Assembly: GCA_029880665.1 (NCBI GenBank)
Contig: JAOUNZ010000004.1
Coordinates: forward strand, 1-19,399
Length of the DNA stretch: 19,399 nt
Source: Nitrosopumilus sp.
GTDB taxonomy: Archaea > Thermoproteota > Nitrososphaeria > Nitrososphaerales > Nitrosopumilaceae
Reading direction: 5' to 3'
The translations under genes and the position numbers were made by a program. Below the pieces are notes generated by a model. The model worked only from the letters and a program-made list of their open reading frames with translations. It made no database searches and had not been told where the DNA came from. Shown here one piece after another: positions 15,791 through 19,399 of this stretch; the first letter of the stretch is position 1, and each line of letters starts with the position of its first letter.

Positions 15791-16030
15791 CTAGGATTCG
15801 TCTTCAGGCAAAGATACTGCCAATATATTGTCGCCACGGAGTAAAATTTTTCCGAGTTTTTCTGTTTTTCCTTCAGAGATATCCTCAGCATCATCCAGAG
15901 TCAGATTCATGTGAATGTCAAAATCAATCAGAGTGCCTTGAACAGTTCTTGTATTTCTCAATCGAAGTAAAACAACTTTATTCTTACTATTATTCATCAA
16001 TGTTGTAATTTCATCTGCCATAATTGTCAC
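15791..16030 (-). CDS. Sm-like (LSm/SmAP) RNA-binding protein (76-79 aa)
   Basis: Sm1 motif VLLRLRNTRTVQGTLIDFDIHMNLTLDDAEDI and Sm2 motif LGKILLRGDNILAVS. The track start is GTG at 16030, abutting the rpoA stop (16031-16033). An in-frame ATG at 16021 is the more likely start. Confidence 0.9.
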   Translation of the reverse strand: MTIMADEITTLMNNSKNKVVLLRLRNTRTVQGTLIDFDIHMNLTLDDAEDISEGKTEKLGKILLRGDNILAVSLPEDES

Positions 16031-19000
16031 TCATTTCTTTTTGGAGACTTGCATGTACAAATCAACAGTGCCACTTCCAATTGGAATGTTGCTTCCGACA
16101 ATAACATTTTCAGTAATGCCTTTAAGATGTTCAATCTCTCCGGCAAGCGCGGCGTGTGCAATTGTTGGAACTGTGATTTCAAATGCAGCTCTTGCAAGAA
16201 CACTGTCTTTAGTACCAGCAATGCCGTGCCTACCAATTTGTTGCATGTAGCCTCTTGAACACATCAAATCAGATACGAGCATGATGTATCTATTATCAAC
16301 TTCTAATCCTTGGTCTCCCAAAGTATTGTTAAGCTCATCAATTAAGGAGTTTCTTGCGGCTTCAATGCCCAAAGTTCCTGCAATTTCAAAGACGTTGTTT
16401 GTTCTTACATTTCTTTTATCAATTCCGTTAACTTCAAGCACCTTGGCAACGTTAGAACCGGTTGTTTGGATAACCCATTCATCACCCTTTTGAACGAGTG
16501 TGACACGCTCGATGTCTGGAACTCCCTTTACGGTAGTGTTTAGAACTTTGTTTCTAATTGCAATCACAGTTGCAGTATCAGACTCTTCAACCAGTTTTAG
16601 CGTGATCATCTCACCGGTAGTTTCCGTTTTGAATTTCTTGTTGGATGCAAGCGAAGCCTCAACTTCGGCAATCGAGCATCCTCTTTCTTTGAGTCTGTTT
16701 GGACTTAGGATTAATGATATTTGTGTAGAATAATCAGTCTCGCTGTTTGAAATCAATGCACTTACTTTTGTTTGTAAGACATTTCTTGCAACCTCAATTG
16801 CTTTTTCTCTAGACTTTTTTGATTCTTCATTAAGGTAGATGTCCATTGTTGGTGTGACTGGTTTCTTTCTAGCATCAACCAATTCAATCAATCTTGGCAA
16901 TCCTAACGTTACGTTTCTTTCTTTAATTCCTGCAAAGTGGAATGTTCTTAGAGTCATCTGAGTACCAGGTTCACCGATTGACTGTGCGGTGATAATTCCG
17001 ACCGCCTGACCAGGTTCTACTTTTGCTTTGTTGTATAACGAAAGTCCTTTTTTACATACAGCTTCTACACCTTCTTTGCTGAGATTGGAATGAAGTAACG
17101 CTTCAGTTACAAGTGAAGTTAATCTTGGATTGAATGTCTTTGTGTATTTTTTGGCAAGTGTCTCAATCTCATCTTTTGTTGCCTTGTTTCCGGAATCTAT
17201 GATGGTTTGTGACTCTGCTAATCTGCTTGGGTTGAATGCTTCACCATGATCGCTCTTTTGCACATCAATGCCATCTTCACCGTAAAGGAACTGAATGATG
17301 TGACCGTGTGGGTCCCTTACAGTTCCGTCATATTCTAGTCTAATGTGTTCTAATGCATTAATTAGTCTGCGTTGCATGTAACCGCTTTGTTGTGTTCTAA
17401 CTGCCGTATCTACAAGTCCTTCACGGCCTCCCATTGCATGGAAAAAGAACTCTAATGCGGAAAGGCCTTCTCTATAATTAGATTTTACAAATCCATGGGC
17501 ATCAGGATTACTGTCATGTTCTTGGAAATGTGTTAATGCACGATTTTGGAAACCGTCATGTAATCTATTGCCTCTTCTTGATTGTTGACCCAATGCACCT
17601 GCCATCTGCCCAATGTTCAAAGCTGAGCCTCTTGCACCGGTAGTAGCCATGATTCTTCCAGCGTTAGTCTGATCAAGAGATTGGTCTGCAGTAGATCCGG
17701 CCTTATCTCTTGCTTTACCTAATTCATTAACAATGTATGCTTCTAGTGCTTCTTCGGCCTTCATACCCCTAGTAAGTTTAAGAGTTCCTTTCTCATATTG
17801 ATCGGTCAGATCAGAGATTACATCATAAGTTCCTTGAATGTCAGTCAAAATTTGTTGTCTTTCTTTTTCTGGAACTTCAAGATCACCATAACCATAACTA
17901 AAGCCATAATGTGTGATGAATTGTTTTACCATAATCAGAATTGAGTTAAGGAATGTTTTTCCTACACTGTTACCATAATCTTTAGTAATTCTATGAAGAA
18001 CACTTTCCGGCTCTTCTGCTCCAATTGAGGCTTTGTCAATTACACCACTGATTAATTGACCATTTTTAATTACAACATCTTTTGGCGAACCTTGCGTGCC
18101 CTTTGACCATTTTGATGTAAGGACATAGTTGAAATCTTTTGGAAGGAACAATGAGAATAACTGTTTTCCAGTATATGCGGGACCGTCTTTTGTTTTGGTA
18201 CTAGGTTTTGGAAGAAGATCAGTGTAACCACCAAGCATTGCATAATTTGAAAATTCTTGGACAGTTAGAGTTGTATCGTCCTTAGTTAGAAGGTATGCTC
18301 CAGTGACAAAGTCTCTTAGCGCTCCAATAATTGGACCGCCATATCTTGGAGAAATAATTTGATCTTGAACTCTCATCAAAAGAATTGCTTCTGCTCTAGA
18401 TTCTTCACTTTGAGGAACATGAAGATTCATTTCATCACCATCAAAATCTGCGTTGTAGGGAGGGCAGACAGACGGATGTAATCTGAAAGTTTTACCAGGA
18501 AGCACACGAACATAGTGTGCCATAATAGACATCTGATGCAATGATGGTTGTCGGTTAAACATCACAATATCGCCATCGGCCAAATGTCTTTCAATCAAAT
18601 ACCCGATCTCAAGAGATTCGGCAATAATAGAGCGGTCTTCAACGAAATCTAGTCTAATCTTCACACCGTCAGGTCTAACGATGTAGTTTACACCTGGAAA
18701 TTTCTCAGGTCCGTTGATCACAAGTTTTCTCATTCTATCAATATTCCATTCCGTCACAATTTCAGGAATTGTTAGCTTCATAGCTACTTGTTCAGGAACA
18801 CCCACTTCAGACAAATCCAAATTAGGATCTGGTGAAATCACGGTTCTACTTGAAAAGTCAACTCTTTTTCCAGAAAGTGATCCTCTGAATCTGCCTTCTT
18901 TTCCTTTGAGTCTTTGGGTTAATGTCTTGAGTGGACGACCAGAACGATGATGAGCTTGAGGTATTCCAGAAACTTCATTATCAAAATAGGTCGTGGAATG

Positions 19001-19399
19001 ATACTGCAATAGGTCAACTAAATCTTGAACAATTAGCGGTGGAGTTCCTGCTTCCTTGCTTTCCTTTAGCCTCTGATTTACCCTGATGATGTCAACCATT
19101 TTGTGTGTCAAGTCATCTTCAGATCTAATTCCTGTTTCAAGAATGATTGAGGGTCTAACAGTAACAGGTGGGACAGGTAATGCTTGCAGAATAAACCATT
19201 CTGGTCTAGCAGTACGAGGATCATAAGATAGCAGTTCTAAATCATTATCAGAGATTTGTGAGAATCTTTCTCTAATTGTAATAGGAAGTAATCTGTGTTC
19301 ACCGATTTCGGTCTTCTCAACAAAGATGGTCGGCTTTGTAAAGACCAGTTCATATTGTGTTTTTCCACAATGTGGGCATTCTTTTGCTTTTTTTGCTTT
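16031..19399 (-). CDS. rpoA: DNA-directed RNA polymerase large subunit A, unsplit A'+A'' fusion (5'-partial; N-terminus beyond the right edge)
   Basis: The track ORF begins at an internal TTG (19111). By hand translation the frame stays open to 19399 (..KECPHCGKTQYELVFTKPTIFVEK..ALPVPPVTVRPS..). It contains the A' catalytic NADFDGDEMN and, with no stop between them, the A'' trigger-loop block AQSIGEPGTQMTLRTFHFAG and the A'' C-terminus. Confidence 0.95.
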   Translation of the reverse strand, partial: KAKKAKECPHCGKTQYELVFTKPTIFVEKTEIGEHRLLPITIRERFSQISDNDLELLSYDPRTARPEWFILQALPVPPVTVRPSIILETGIRSEDDLTHKMVDIIRVNQRLKESKEAGTPPLIVQDLVDLLQYHSTTYFDNEVSGIPQAHHRSGRPLKTLTQRLKGKEGRFRGSLSGKRVDFSSRTVISPDPNLDLSEVGVPEQVAMKLTIPEIVTEWNIDRMRKLVINGPEKFPGVNYIVRPDGVKIRLDFVEDRSIIAESLEIGYLIERHLADGDIVMFNRQPSLHQMSIMAHYVRVLPGKTFRLHPSVCPPYNADFDGDEMNLHVPQSEESRAEAILLMRVQDQIISPRYGGPIIGALRDFVTGAYLLTKDDTTLTVQEFSNYAMLGGYTDLLPKPSTKTKDGPAYTGKQLFSLFLPKDFNYVLTSKWSKGTQGSPKDVVIKNGQLISGVIDKASIGAEEPESVLHRITKDYGNSVGKTFLNSILIMVKQFITHYGFSYGYGDLEVPEKERQQILTDIQGTYDVISDLTDQYEKGTLKLTRGMKAEEALEAYIVNELGKARDKAGSTADQSLDQTNAGRIMATTGARGSALNIGQMAGALGQQSRRGNRLHDGFQNRALTHFQEHDSNPDAHGFVKSNYREGLSALEFFFHAMGGREGLVDTAVRTQQSGYMQRRLINALEHIRLEYDGTVRDPHGHIIQFLYGEDGIDVQKSDHGEAFNPSRLAESQTIIDSGNKATKDEIETLAKKYTKTFNPRLTSLVTEALLHSNLSKEGVEAVCKKGLSLYNKAKVEPGQAVGIITAQSIGEPGTQMTLRTFHFAGIKERNVTLGLPRLIELVDARKKPVTPTMDIYLNEESKKSREKAIEVARNVLQTKVSALISNSETDYSTQISLILSPNRLKERGCSIAEVEASLASNKKFKTETTGEMITLKLVEESDTATVIAIRNKVLNTTVKGVPDIERVTLVQKGDEWVIQTTGSNVAKVLEVNGIDKRNVRTNNVFEIAGTLGIEAARNSLIDELNNTLGDQGLEVDNRYIMLVSDLMCSRGYMQQIGRHGIAGTKDSVLARAAFEITVPTIAHAALAGEIEHLKGITENVIVGSNIPIGSGTVDLYMQVSKKK

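Noticed and set aside
16027-18950. Track ORFs antisense to or out of frame with rpoA (16027..16236, 16041..16250, 16049..16258, 16281..16493, 16500..16733, 18714..18950)
   Set aside because: They are embedded in the highly conserved RNAP subunit gene and have low-complexity translations.

Overview
AT-rich archaeal chromosome segment. The gene content and an unsplit rpoA point to a marine ammonia-oxidising thaumarchaeon (Nitrosopumilus-like); this is an inference, since no search was possible. Housekeeping genes: the 3' end of alaS and leuS on the + strand (1-3251). On the - strand, rps7, rps12, nusA and rpl30e (10994-12889), then a fused A'+A'' RNA polymerase large subunit that runs off the right edge (16031-19399) with an Sm-like gene abutting its stop codon. 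Two adjacent secreted-protein genes (12966-15746) sit between rpoA/Sm and rpl30e. One of them carries a perfect 21-bp tandem repeat. The centre holds a redox trio (nitroreductase, geranylgeranyl-reductase-like flavoprotein, YkgJ-type Cys-cluster protein), a small wHTH-like gene broken at an A8 run, and a tRNA-Gln(CUG) that appears to contain two introns. The most interesting region is about 3252-7700, directly downstream of leuS. It contains an N-terminally truncated protein-primed family-B DNA polymerase, a chain of small orphan helical and zinc-ribbon proteins, and a TPR-like gene broken by several frameshifts and in-frame stops. I read it as the decaying remnant of an integrated self-replicating element (casposon, virus or plasmid type). 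No Cas1, integrase or terminal repeats could be identified by eye. No rRNA or CRISPR array is present. The supplied ORF track uses GTG/TTG starts written as M and omits edge-partial ORFs and ORFs under 60 aa. Several features below were therefore read directly from the sequence.
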